Shown here: positions 21,001 through 30,651 of the stretch, piece after piece | Numbering within the stretch: the stretch's first letter is position 1 | Layout: each line of letters begins with the position of its first letter | NCBI GenBank assembly: GCA_964291395.2 | Contig: OZ219856.1 | Coordinates: 928,001-992,000, forward strand | Source: Alphaproteobacteria bacterium | GTDB lineage: Bacteria > Pseudomonadota > Alphaproteobacteria > UBA2966 | Direction: 5' to 3' | Length of the DNA stretch: 64,000 bases | The notes under the pieces: model-generated | The model's database searches: none | What the model saw: only the letters and a program-made list of their open reading frames with translations | Told to the model about the DNA's origin: nothing | Program-made: the position numbers and the translations under genes

Positions 21001-21018
21001 GTTACCGCTTTGTGACAA
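21001..21018 (-). promoter_or_regulatory. Putative Pho box
   Basis: Minus strand TTGTCAC-AAAG-CGGTAAC resembles CTGTCAT-N4-CTGTCAY; upstream of NUDIX-PiT. Confidence 0.5.
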
Positions 21019-21095
21019 ATCGATCCTAACGTGGTCTCCGGTGCCCAACGAGGACTAATTCACCAAACATCCAGCGCTTCGTCTTTCGATGATGA

Positions 21096-21121
21096 AAACA
21101 GCTCAGGCTTGAGTCTGTGCC
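21096..21121 (+). repeat. 26-bp direct repeat, copy 2
   Basis: AAACAGCTCAGGCTTGAGTCTGTGCC. Confidence 0.9.
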
Positions 21122-21329
21122 ACTTCTTTGCGGTTCAATCCCGGCCCGCGCCGCCGCAGATCCGACCTCTCATCCGTTGCGTGGCGGGCGAGACGATGAG
21201 CCCGGCCGGCGTCGTGGTCGTCGCCTTCGCGTTCTGGCGGCGCAGAGCAACGCCAAGCGGGCGGCGCGTCGGGCCGGACTCCGGTATGATCCGTCGCCTC
21301 TCCGTAGACGCAACTTAGGGGGGACGCCA

Positions 21330-24300
21330 GTGTCACAACGCAAGCTCCTGGTCGCCAACCGGAGCGAGATCGCGATCCGGGTCATGCGGGCAGCAACGGA
21401 ACTCGGCCTGCGGACCGTCGCGATCTACGCCGAGGAAGACAAGCTCGCCCTGCACCGCTTCAAGGCAGACGAAAGCTATCGCATCGGCGCAGATCTCGGC
21501 CCGGTCAGGGCCTATCTCGATATCGACGAGATCATCTTCACGGCCACGCGGACCGGCGCCACCCTGCTTCATCCCGGCTACGGCTTCGTCTCGGAGAAGC
21601 CTGAGCTGGCCGAGGCCTGCGCACGAAACGGTATCGCCTTCGTCGGCCCACCGGCCGAGGTCATGCGCACGCTCGGCAACAAGGTGACCGCCCGCGATCT
21701 CGCCGCGTCGGTCGGCGTCCCCGTCGTACCGGCGACGCCCCCCCTGCCGCGAGACGACGGTGAGTGTCGAAGGCTGGCCGAGGAGGTCGGCTACCCCTTG
21801 ATGCTGAAGGCCAGCTGGGGCGGCGGCGGGCGTGGCATGCGCATCGTCGAGACGCCCGCCGAGCTGACCGCTCAGATCGATGCCGGACGCCGCGAAGCCG
21901 AAGCGGCCTTCGGCAACGGCGAGGTCTATCTGGAAAAGCTGGTCGAACGGGCACGTCATGTCGAGGTGCAGGTTCTCGGCGATCGCCACGGTAATCTGGT
22001 GCATCTCTTCGAGCGGGACTGCTCGCTGCAGCGCCGCAACCAAAAGATCGTCGAGCGTGCGCCGGCCCCCTACCTCGACGACGACAGGCGCCGAGAAGTC
22101 TGCCAGGCCGCCCTGACGCTTTGCCGGGCCGCCGACTATGTCGGGGCCGGCACGGTCGAGTTCCTGATGGATGCCGACGGCGGCGCCTTCTATTTCATCG
22201 AGGTCAATCCGCGGATCCAGGTCGAGCACACGGTGACGGAGGAGGTTACCGGCATCGACATCGTCAAGGCGCAGATCCAGATCGCCCTCGGCGGGCGCAT
22301 TGGCGACGCGCACGCAACCGGCGTGCCGGCGCAAAACGGCATCCGTCTGCACGGCCACGCCTTGCAATGCCGCATCACCACCGAGGACCCGGAGTCGAAC
22401 TTCAAGCCCGACTACGGCCGTATCACCGCCTACCGCGGCGCAACCGGCTTTGGCATCCGGCTCGACGGTGGCACGGCCTATTCCGGTGCCGTCATCACCC
22501 GCTACTACGACAGCCTTCTGGAAAAAGTCACCGCCTGGGCCGCAACCAGGGAAGAAGCCATCCGCCGCATGGACCGGGCGCTCCGCGAGTTCCGTATCCG
22601 CGGCGTCGCGACCAATCTCGTATTTCTCGAGAATGTCATCAATCATCCGCGGTTCCTGGCCGATGAGGTCACCACGCGCTTCATCGACACGACGCCCGAA
22701 CTGATGCACTTTCCCAGGCGCCGCGACCGCGCGACGCGCCTGCTGCGGTATATCGCCGACGTCACCGTCAACGGCAATCCGGAGGTTGCCGGGCGGCCCC
22801 GGCCTTCGAGCACGGCCTTCGCGCCCGTGGTTCCGGCCTTCGATGCCGCTCAGCCGGTCCCCTCGGGCACCAGGCAGCTGCTCGACGATCGCGGGCCGGA
22901 AGGCTTCCGGGACTGGATGCTGGCGCAGCAGCGGGTACTGATCACCGACACGACCATGCGCGACGCCCATCAGTCGCTGCTGGCGACACGCATGCGCTCC
23001 TACGACATGGTGGCGGTCAGCGAAGCCTACGCATACCGTCTGCCGCAGCTCCTCTCCCTGGAGTGCTGGGGCGGCGCCACCTTCGATGTCGCCATGCGAT
23101 TCCTCAAGGAGGATCCCTGGGACCGCTTGATCGACATTCGCCGGCGTGTCCCGAACATCCTGCTGCAGATGCTTCTGCGCGCCTCCAACGCCGTGGGCTA
23201 CGCCAACTATCCCGACAACGCGGTGCGCTACTTCGTGGAGAAGTCGGCCGATGCCGGTGTCGATCTGTTCCGCGTCTTCGACAGCCTCAACTGGGTCGAG
23301 AACATGAAGGTCGCGATCGATGCCGTTCTGAAAACCGGACGGCTCTGCGAAGCGGCGATCTGCTACACCGGCGATCTCTTCGACCGGCGCCGGGCCAAAT
23401 ACGATCTCGACTATTATCTCTCCATGGCCCACGAGCTGAAGCGGGCCGGCACGCATATTCTCGGCATCAAGGACATGGCCGGCCTCTGCCGTCCCGAGCA
23501 GGTCCGCATCCTCGTGCGGAGACTGAAGGAAGAGACCGGCCTGCCTGTCCACTTCCACACTCACGACACTTCCGGCATCTCGGCCGCCACGGTGCTCGCC
23601 GCCTGCGAAGCCGGCGCGGATGCCGTCGACGCGGCGATGGATAGCTTCTCGGGCCTCACGTCCCAGCCCAATCTCGGATCCATCGTCGCGGCGCTCGATG
23701 ACAGCGGCCGAGGCAGCGGCATAGACCCGGCCACCGTCCGCGCCTTCTCCGACTATTGGGAAGCGGTCCGGGCGCAATACGCGGCCTTCGAGCCGGACCT
23801 GCGTGCCGGCGCCTCGGAGGTCTATCTGCACGAGATGCCGGGCGGCCAGTTCACCAATCTCAAGGAGCAAGCGCGCGCCCTGGGTCTGGCCGACCGCTGG
23901 CACGACGTCGCGCACATGTACGCCGAAGCGAACCGGCTGTTCGGCGACATCGTGAAGGTAACACCCTCCTCGAAGGTGGTCGGCGACATGGCCCTCTACA
24001 TGGTGGCGAGCGGAGTGACGCCCGAGCAGGTCCTGGATCCGGACGTCGAGATCGCCTTTCCCGCCTCCGTGGTTTCCATGTTGCGCGGCGAGCTCGGCCA
24101 GCCGCCGGGGGGCTGGCCGAAGCGGATTCAGACGAAGGCGCTGCGAGGCGAAGCGCCGATCGTCGGAAGACCGTCTGATCACATGCCGCCCATGGACCTC
24201 GATGCCGAACGGAACAAGGCCGAACAGGCCGCCGAACGGCTGGTATCGGACTGCGAGCTGGCCTCCAGCATCATGTATCCTTCGGTCTTTGCCGATTATG

Positions 24301-24785
24301 CCCGGCACCGCCGTAATTTCGGGCGCGTCGACATTCTCTCCACGCCGGTCTTCTTCTACGGCATGACCCCCGACCAGGAGATCGCCGTCGAAATCGACGC
24401 GGGCAAGACGCTGGTCATCCGTCTGATGGCCGTCGGTGAAGCCGACGAGCGGGGCGAGCGCGAGGTCTTCTTCGAGCTCAACGGGCAGCCGCGCGTCGTC
24501 ACGATGCCGGACCGCGGCGTCGTCCCCACGGTTGCAGCCAACGAACGCGCCGACCCGGATGACCCGAACCAGGTCGCCGCCCCCATGCCGGGCGTGGTGT
24601 CGACACTGGTGGCGTCGGTCGGGCAATCCGTCGGCGCCGGCGACGTCCTCCTGACCCTGGAAGCGATGAAGATGGAGGCGTCCATCACCGCCCCGGTGGC
24701 CGGCACGGTTTCGCGTCTGCCCATCTCCGTCGGCAGCGTCGTCGACGCCAAGGACCTCCTGGCGGTGGTCCAGCCTGCCGCGTAG
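21330..24785 (+). CDS. pyc: Pyruvate carboxylase
   Basis: ANRSEIA, HPGYGF, RDCSLQRR, RDAHQSLLATR, HFHTHDT, EAMKME biotin site; GTG at 21330. Confidence 0.98.
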   Translation: MSQRKLLVANRSEIAIRVMRAATELGLRTVAIYAEEDKLALHRFKADESYRIGADLGPVRAYLDIDEIIFTATRTGATLLHPGYGFVSEKPELAEACARNGIAFVGPPAEVMRTLGNKVTARDLAASVGVPVVPATPPLPRDDGECRRLAEEVGYPLMLKASWGGGGRGMRIVETPAELTAQIDAGRREAEAAFGNGEVYLEKLVERARHVEVQVLGDRHGNLVHLFERDCSLQRRNQKIVERAPAPYLDDDRRREVCQAALTLCRAADYVGAGTVEFLMDADGGAFYFIEVNPRIQVEHTVTEEVTGIDIVKAQIQIALGGRIGDAHATGVPAQNGIRLHGHALQCRITTEDPESNFKPDYGRITAYRGATGFGIRLDGGTAYSGAVITRYYDSLLEKVTAWAATREEAIRRMDRALREFRIRGVATNLVFLENVINHPRFLADEVTTRFIDTTPELMHFPRRRDRATRLLRYIADVTVNGNPEVAGRPRPSSTAFAPVVPAFDAAQPVPSGTRQLLDDRGPEGFRDWMLAQQRVLITDTTMRDAHQSLLATRMRSYDMVAVSEAYAYRLPQLLSLECWGGATFDVAMRFLKEDPWDRLIDIRRRVPNILLQMLLRASNAVGYANYPDNAVRYFVEKSADAGVDLFRVFDSLNWVENMKVAIDAVLKTGRLCEAAICYTGDLFDRRRAKYDLDYYLSMAHELKRAGTHILGIKDMAGLCRPEQVRILVRRLKEETGLPVHFHTHDTSGISAATVLAACEAGADAVDAAMDSFSGLTSQPNLGSIVAALDDSGRGSGIDPATVRAFSDYWEAVRAQYAAFEPDLRAGASEVYLHEMPGGQFTNLKEQARALGLADRWHDVAHMYAEANRLFGDIVKVTPSSKVVGDMALYMVASGVTPEQVLDPDVEIAFPASVVSMLRGELGQPPGGWPKRIQTKALRGEAPIVGRPSDHMPPMDLDAERNKAEQAAERLVSDCELASSIMYPSVFADYARHRRNFGRVDILSTPVFFYGMTPDQEIAVEIDAGKTLVIRLMAVGEADERGEREVFFELNGQPRVVTMPDRGVVPTVAANERADPDDPNQVAAPMPGVVSTLVASVGQSVGAGDVLLTLEAMKMEASITAPVAGTVSRLPISVGSVVDAKDLLAVVQPAA

Positions 24786-24886
24786 GGCGTCTTCAGCCCG
24801 TCGCGGCGCCACGGGCGCTCGACCTGCTTGTCGTCCGCCTGCCGGCTGGCGTCGCGTAGCGGGGCGGCGTCCCGCCCAACCCGGCG

Positions 24887-24947
24887 GACGAAGCGGGACA
24901 AGCCGAGACTAGGCGAGACTAGGCGAGACGAGTTGCGAGACGAGACC
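24887..24947. repeat. Degenerate 10-bp tandem repeats (GCGAGACTAG-like)
   Basis: gacgaagcgg gacaagccga gactaggcga gactaggcga gacgagttgc gagacgagac. Confidence 0.65.
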
Positions 24948-24952
24948 GCGGC

Positions 24953-25010
24953 GCGGCTGTTGAGCCAAGCCGAGGCGGCGGAGATACCGGGGGTCTCGGA
25001 GCGCACCTTC
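24953..25010 (+). pseudogene. Transposase HTH remnant (ISNCY/IS481-like)
   Basis: RLLSQAEAAEIPGVSERTF. Confidence 0.5.
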
Positions 25011-25044
25011 CCGCCCGGCGACCGAAGGGCAAGATAAAGGGCAT
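25005..25044 (+). repeat. 40-bp direct repeat, copy 1 (pair with 26186-26225)
   Basis: ACCTTCCCGCCCGGCGACCGAAGGGCAAGATAAAGGGCAT, 38/40 identical to copy 2. Confidence 0.9.
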
Positions 25045-25196
25045 TGTTGATTGTTTTGAGCCATGAATCCGTAGATCCCTTGCCCACCTCACTTGAGGGT
25101 TGTGGCTGCTGTTTACGGAGCGCGGCATCCCTCATTTGCTTGTACTCTCTTTCGGGATATGGTTGAGCCATACATCTTGTTGCAGACATGCCTACG

Positions 25197-25433
25197 ATGA
25201 AGACCACGCTCAATCTGAACGATCAGGTGCTCCGCCAAGCCAAGGGACGGGCGGCGCGGGACGGGATCACGCTCACCAGATTCGTCGAAGACGCCTTGCG
25301 CGCGCGCCTCGCGGACGCGCGCAGGAGGAAAGGATCCTTCCGTCTGCGGCTGGAGACCGTGACCGGGGACGCACCCCCCAACGTCGACATCGCCGACCGG
25401 GACGCGCTGTATGACGTGCTCGATCGAGCGTGA
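25197..25433 (+). CDS. vapB: VapB-type ribbon-helix-helix antitoxin
   Basis: MKTTLNLNDQVLRQAK...FVEDALR; overlaps PIN gene start. Confidence 0.85.
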   Translation: MKTTLNLNDQVLRQAKGRAARDGITLTRFVEDALRARLADARRRKGSFRLRLETVTGDAPPNVDIADRDALYDVLDRA

Positions 25434-25857
25434 TTGCCGTCGACACCAACATCCTGATTTACGCGCACCGCGGCGAGACCGAGTTCCACGCTGCCGCGGT
25501 CTCACGGCTCACCGCCCTGGCCGAGGGGGCGGAACGCTGGGCCCTGCCGATATTCTGCGTCACCGAGTTCATGCGGGTCGTGACGCATCGCCGCATATTC
25601 AACCCGCCTTCCACGATCGCCCAGGCAGCCGCATTCATCGAGGGCCTCGCGGCCGCTCCGAGTTGCGAGCTCGTGCAGCCGGGACCGGAGTTTCTCCCGC
25701 TTCTCATCTGGCCGCCCGCGAAACCGACGCACACGGCAACCTGATCTTCGACACGCAGATCGCCGCGCTGTGCCGCGAACACGGCATCGATACGATCCTC
25801 ACGAACGACCGTGATTTCGGGCGCTTCGGGCCTTTGAAGGTGCATCGTCTGAGCTGA
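25430..25857 (+). pseudogene. vapC: VapC PIN-domain toxin, frameshifted near 25705
   Basis: IAVDTNILIYA in one frame; GNLIFDTQIAALC...TNDRDF in another. Confidence 0.85.
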
Positions 25858-25861
25858 CGCC

Positions 25862-25960
25862 GAGACGCGTGGCGAGATGGACCGCTCGGGACGTATCAGC
25901 AAGGTCGGCGTCGGGGCTGTCCGCGCCGCGCTCTACGAGGCCGCCACCGTGCTGCTCAAA
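25862..25960 (+). pseudogene. IS110-family transposase remnant
   Basis: DRSGRISKVG...VRAALYEAATVLL. Confidence 0.7.
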
Positions 25961-25968
25961 GAATCCGC

Positions 25969-26180
25969 GTCAACGGCGGATGTCTTGAGGGCAGGGACGA
26001 ACGGAATGAGCGAGGTCGCGGTAATCGCCGGGCTGCTTCTCAAGCCCGCCTGGCTTCTGATGCCAAGGCTACCTAGAGCAAAAGCTCGCCCGGAACGTCG
26101 AGGCCAAAAGGAACTTCTGCCAAGCCGCCCATGTGTCCTTGAGGTGCCCTACCGAATCTCTTGCGCCCGCCGCCGTTGAC
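25969..26180. mobile_element. MITE-like segment bounded by 11-bp inverted repeats
   Basis: GTCAACGGCGG (25969) / CCGCCGTTGAC (26170). Confidence 0.4.
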
Positions 26181-26185
26181 ATCCA

Positions 26186-26225
26186 ACCTTCCCGCCCGGC
26201 GACCGAAGGGCAGGATAAGGGGCAT
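26186..26225 (+). repeat. 40-bp direct repeat, copy 2
   Basis: ACCTTCCCGCCCGGCGACCGAAGGGCAGGATAAGGGGCAT. Confidence 0.9.
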
Positions 26226-26360
26226 CATGTTAGCTATTTTGTGCCCATAAGAGGCCTTGGCCTCGTATCCCTCTTTTCCACGATCTCCTTGCTTGCCATC
26301 GTTGCAGTGAAGCAGGCAATTCGCTAGCATATTGAAAGCATATAAGACAGAGAGGACACC

Positions 26361-26597
26361 ATGGGCAATCTGACGGTCCGTAACCTCGATGATCGTGTGA
26401 TCGAACGACTCAAGGCGCAGGCCAAGGCGAACCAGCGTTCGCTGGAGGGAGAGGTCCGCCATGTGTTGACGCAACAGGTGGACCGCCCCAGCCGTATCGT
26501 CGCCTTCCGCGAGCGAACACGGCAACTTGTCTCTCTGACGGCGGGTACGAACCAGACCGACAGCGCTGAGCTGCTGCGGGAGGATCGGGACCGGTGA
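26361..26597 (+). CDS. FitA/Arc-like antitoxin
   Basis: MGNLTVRNLDD...LKAQAKANQRSLEGEVR...DSAELLREDR. Confidence 0.9.
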   Translation: MGNLTVRNLDDRVIERLKAQAKANQRSLEGEVRHVLTQQVDRPSRIVAFRERTRQLVSLTAGTNQTDSAELLREDRDR

Positions 26598-27408
26598 GAG
26601 TGACAGTGGATGCCAGCATCGTCGTCAAATGGTTCGTGGCCGAGCCGCTGTATAGGGAGGCGCGTCTTTTGTTGGACCGGCGTATCCACCTTCACGCTCC
26701 CGATTTCGTGCTCGTCGAGTTCACGAACACGATATGGAAGAAGGTACGCCGGAAAGAGATTCCAGATCCTACGCCGTACCTCGAGGAGCTTGCGGTCTTA
26801 CCCGAAATTGTTGCCCTCCAACCGAGCAGCTCGCTCATCGAGCGTGCTGCACAGATAGCGGTGGAGATCGACCATCCGGTTTACGACTGTCTCTACCTCG
26901 CTTGCGCCGAAGCCACGGATTCGACCGTAATCACTGCCGACCGCCGCTTCGCTGACAAGGCCGTTGATCAGCCGTTTGGCATTTCCGTCCATCACATCGC
27001 AGCACCAGACGTCGCGGGGCGACTAGAGACGGCAGCGACCGCGCTGATTATCGGAGGAGACAAAGTCGAAGCGCTAATCTCCGCCTATGACCTTTTTGCA
27101 GAAACAGAGCGATCAGTTCTTGATGAACTCTTTGCCGGGCGCCCAGGACCGCATATTATACCGACAAGGACCGAGAACCCTTCCTCGACTCTCCCTCCTA
27201 TCGACACCTTGTCGGCTTAGTCCGCGAGTTGAATGCCGACGAGTGCATCGACCTCAACGCTCTAGGCTGGTTGGGTGCCGGCCTCTTCCCCGACTGGCCA
27301 CGAAGCCTCGCGCATGCCGAAGAAATGACGACAAGCCTCGACCCCGAATACACCGCCGGTTATGGCCACCACTGGCGGACTGGATATAGGCGGGCGACGG
27401 GCACGTGA
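26594..27408 (+). CDS. PIN-domain toxin with C-terminal extension (1-bp frameshift near 27160)
   Basis: VDASIVVKWF, HPVYDCLYLA, ITADRRF; reading continues in a second frame (LNADECIDLNALGWLG) to TGA 27408. Confidence 0.75.
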
Positions 27409-27669
27409 TCTTCACTGAGGCTCATCTCTTGGACCGGATACCGAGACTTCATCCCCCGGCAGAGATCACCAGTGGCACAATCCTCTTCACGAACGACCAC
27501 TTTTGCGGCCCATACATCATCCGGCTAAGGGCGCTTGGGTGCCTCCTCCACATTGACCTGTGAAGCAAGCCACTCGGCGAACGCTCGCTCGCCGCTCGGC
27601 GCGAGGTTCAGCTTGCGGAGCCGGTCCGTCAGGGTGCTCTCGTCAATGGACGTCAACTACCCGGCCTTC

Positions 27670-27840
27670 GTCGAGCAAGGCAACGCCTCGTCTCGAGCGT
27701 CGACAGGTCGAAACGGCTGGAGGAGATCGATGTCGAATCCGACTACCTCGCCGCCTTCAGGTCGACATTGAGGACACTTCCCGGGTCTCCGCGCCAGGTC
27801 CGGCTTTGAGTTCGACATAGAGGCCGTCTCGCAGTTTCAT
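27670..27840 (-). pseudogene. DUF2283-type antitoxin remnant
   Basis: MKL..LYVELKAGPGAETREV / LNVDL / GEVVGFDID / FDLSTLET in shifting frames. Confidence 0.7.
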
Positions 27841-28094
27841 TATTGTCCCCTATTCGTCTCCATACCGTCTGTCAAAAAAGCATTATGGACGGTTTCGCCG
27901 TCTTGGAGGGTGACGACTCGTAGGATCCGCCGCGTATCTTCACCAGGACGGGAGATCTCGCCCCAGAACCGAAGGCGCCCATCAGGACTGCTCCTCCCGC
28001 CGCAGCGGCGCGGCAATGACCGCAACGCATCATGCCGGGCTATGTAAGGGCGCTTGCGACGCACTTGCTCGTCGAAATAACGCGTTGTCTTCAT
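27840..28094 (-). CDS. Putative toxin partner of DUF2283, possibly degraded
   Basis: MKTTRYFDEQV.RKRPY...PDGRLRFWGEI...LRVVTLQDGETVHNAF; TAATG overlap with the DUF2283 start. Confidence 0.6.
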   Translation of the reverse strand: MKTTRYFDEQVRRKRPYIARHDALRSLPRRCGGRSSPDGRLRFWGEISRPGEDTRRILRVVTLQDGETVHNAFLTDGMETNRGQ

Positions 28095-28323
28095 GCGCGG
28101 CAGGCCGAGGCGTTCCAACGGTTGCCCTACACCGCGCTACTGTCTTCAGCGGATACAGCCGCAGGCGTGGGCTCCATCGGTTCCAAGGACCCGCCATCGT
28201 CCGCGCCTGACCTCATCCGACGGCCTCTCGGACCGGTCGGGGCACGAACGTCATTGTTGTCGGCAAAGAATGGTGTCAGGTTCCGTCATCCCCGGCGGGC
28301 TTCGGGGGAAGGCGAGGGCAGGC

Positions 28324-28545
28324 ATGAACAGGCGGTTGACGGCCATCGTCGAACGCGACGGCGACGGGTACGTCGCGCTCTGCCCCGAGGTGGATGTCGC
28401 CAGCCAGGGGGACAGCGTGGCCGAAGCACGCGGGAACCTCCAGGAGGCGTTGACCCTGTTCTTCGAAACCGCGTCCCCGGAGGAAGTCGGGCGGCGGACC
28501 CGGAGCGAGTTCTACGTCACCCATATCGAGGTAGCCGTTGCCTAG
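28324..28545 (+). CDS. hicB: Short HicB-family antitoxin
   Basis: YVALCPEVDVASQGDSVAEARGNLQEAL. Confidence 0.88.
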   Translation: MNRRLTAIVERDGDGYVALCPEVDVASQGDSVAEARGNLQEALTLFFETASPEEVGRRTRSEFYVTHIEVAVA

Positions 28546-28583
28546 ACCGCGGGCCCCGGCGACATCCAGGGGAGGTTGACTCC

Positions 28584-29270
28584 ATGATGCCTTTTCTCAC
28601 CCCCGTGGATATTGCCGCGATCCTTTGGTTTTTCGGCCTTTGGGTTGGCTACAACCGGATCGCGGACAGCGAGCGGCTGCGGCACAAATCGGTCATGGGC
28701 GTGATCCAGGAACATCGTATCCGCTGGATGCGCGAGATGCTGAACCGCGACATGCGCATGGTGGACACCATGATCCTCAATCACCTTCAGGGCGGCATCG
28801 GGCTGTTCGCCTCCACCAGCATCCTGGCCGTCGGCGGCCTCATCGCCGCGCTTGGCGCTACCGACAAGGCCGTCGCCGTGCTCTCCGATCTGCCCCTCGT
28901 CGGGGAAACGACCCGCCTCGAGTACGAGATGAAGGTCCTGCTCCTTCTGATGATCTTCGTCTACGCGTTCTTCAAATTCGTCTGGTCCTATCGGCTCTAC
29001 GGCTTTTGCGCCGTCATGGTCGGCGCCGTGCCCGCCAGCACCGATCTCAGCCCGGAAGCGGAGGTCCAGGCCGAACGGGCGGCCCGGATCAACGGCCTCG
29101 CCGGGAGGCATCAAAATCAGGGGCTGCGCGCGTTCTACTTCGCGCTTGCCGCTCTGGCCTGGTTTATCCACCCTGTCGCGTTCATCGTTGCGACGATGTG
29201 GGTGGTGGTCGTGCTCTATCGGCGCGATTTCCGGTCGCGTTCCCAGCGGATCATGCGGGGCGACACCTGA
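28584..29270 (+). CDS. DUF599 family membrane protein
   Basis: FASTSIL, YAFFKFVWSYR, GLRAFYF motifs; RBS GGAGG. Confidence 0.88.
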   Translation: MMPFLTPVDIAAILWFFGLWVGYNRIADSERLRHKSVMGVIQEHRIRWMREMLNRDMRMVDTMILNHLQGGIGLFASTSILAVGGLIAALGATDKAVAVLSDLPLVGETTRLEYEMKVLLLLMIFVYAFFKFVWSYRLYGFCAVMVGAVPASTDLSPEAEVQAERAARINGLAGRHQNQGLRAFYFALAALAWFIHPVAFIVATMWVVVVLYRRDFRSRSQRIMRGDT

Positions 29271-29449
29271 CCGGATCCTATCCGGAAAATCTGTTTCCTG
29301 GGCTGTCGCGGGCGGCGGGTGAACGGCCATTGTGGCACCGTGGCAGAAATATCACATCCGGGAACATTCCATGACCGGCGCGCGGTAACGGTTTGTGCCT
29401 GTGCGCCCGTGTTCCTATAAATTCGGTCGTCACGCATTTACTCAAGAGG

Positions 29450-29464
29450 TTCCGATAATGAAAA
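29450..29464 (+). repeat. 15-bp inverted-repeat partner of the 30729-30752 site, overlapping the porin ATG
   Basis: TTCCGATAATGAAAA vs reverse complement of 30738-30752, TTCCGACAATGAAAA (14/15). Confidence 0.7.
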
Positions 29465-30575
29465 CAGTAAAGCAACGGCTTCTGCCTTTTGCCACCAGCG
29501 CCCTGGTGGCTGCCGCATCCATGGCAGGAGGGGCCGCGAACGCCGAGGCGATGAAGCCGCCCTGTCGGTCGAGCGGTTACTACTAACCGACCGACACATG
29601 GCCGACGAAGTCGGGTCAGGATGGCGACGGCCGTATCTCCAGGGGCATGACTCGGAAGTATTTTCAACGGATCCGGCGCCCCTCGACAACGGCATCAAGA
29701 TCGCCGCCGTTGGCGGAGTTCGAGGTTCATGGGCTGGTGGCGTTGCGGCGACACTGGATCAGCCTTCGGGCGGCTGGGGCACCGCCTTCAGGCTGGGATG
29801 CCCGGACGGGCGTAGCAAGCCCAGACCCGCCGGCGCGGCCTATGGGCGGTTATGCGGCGTCACATCAGGCGTGCAGACCGGTGGTTCAAGGGGCCGGACA
29901 TTGATTTCAAGGGATGTGCGTTCCGTTGCACCTTGGGTGGAACGAACCTCGATGCCGGGAAATGAGCCGACCAAGGCCACTACTTCTCGCCCCGCTTCAA
30001 CGGCTTCCAGTTCGCCGTGTAGCGTACCGTCCGTCGATCACAGACGAAAAGGCCGCGAACGAGGACCGGCACAGACGAGTATCACAAGCGAGTCGCCCGT
30101 CTTTACTCCGGTTGACGGTGCCGAACGTAACGGCGAGTTCGGGCGGCCGTATCAGCGCCACCGTTGCCGCACAGGGATAGGCCGACCCCGATATGCGGCG
30201 GAAGGCGGTCCCGACTACGAGCACGTGGTGGTCGGCTGGTCATCGCTCAGCGCTATGGGCTTCACCGTCGGCGGCCGCATCTGCCAATGAGGGCCGAGAA
30301 TGGTGCCCACAACGACACCAACTCCTTCGATGCGCGCTCGGCGTCTCATGTACGGTCAAGGGCCGTGGAAGGTCAGCGTGCCGACGTGTTCTCAGGCTCG
30401 ATCAAGCCCGGGGACGAGTACAACGCTTGGTCCCGCGGCTACACGGTCGGTCCGGGGCTGAAGGCGGTCATCGCCGGATTCCAAGACCGCGACCTCTATG
30501 GACCCCGAGGGGGATGCCGGCAGCGTGGACGTAAACGTGCCTTCATCCGCTGGCGTGGCGGCACTTCGTGGAAAG
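29458..30575 (+). pseudogene. Alphaproteobacterial porin, heavily decayed
   Basis: Signal peptide (ATSALVAA), LDNGI at 29682, YFSPRFNGFQF at 29981 followed by TAG, GFTVGG, GYTVGPGL at 30437, in different frames. Confidence 0.8.
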
Positions 30576-30651
30576 TCTTGAGTGGCCCCCAGAACAGCCG
30601 CCTGACCGACTTCGAACCCCGTCCTGCCTTTATCGTGGACTCGGTCGGGAG

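Noticed and set aside
21333-24812. 1159-aa minus-strand ORF and similar long ORFs (8654-11176, 7215-8717, 12811-14454, 46873-48660, 60547-62064)
   Set aside because: Shadow frames of real genes in high-GC DNA; no motifs
26181-26235. attC-like site (ATCCAAC...GTTAGCT)
   Set aside because: No convincing L-box pairing, copy 1 lacks AAC, homology runs past GTT, and there is no integron integrase
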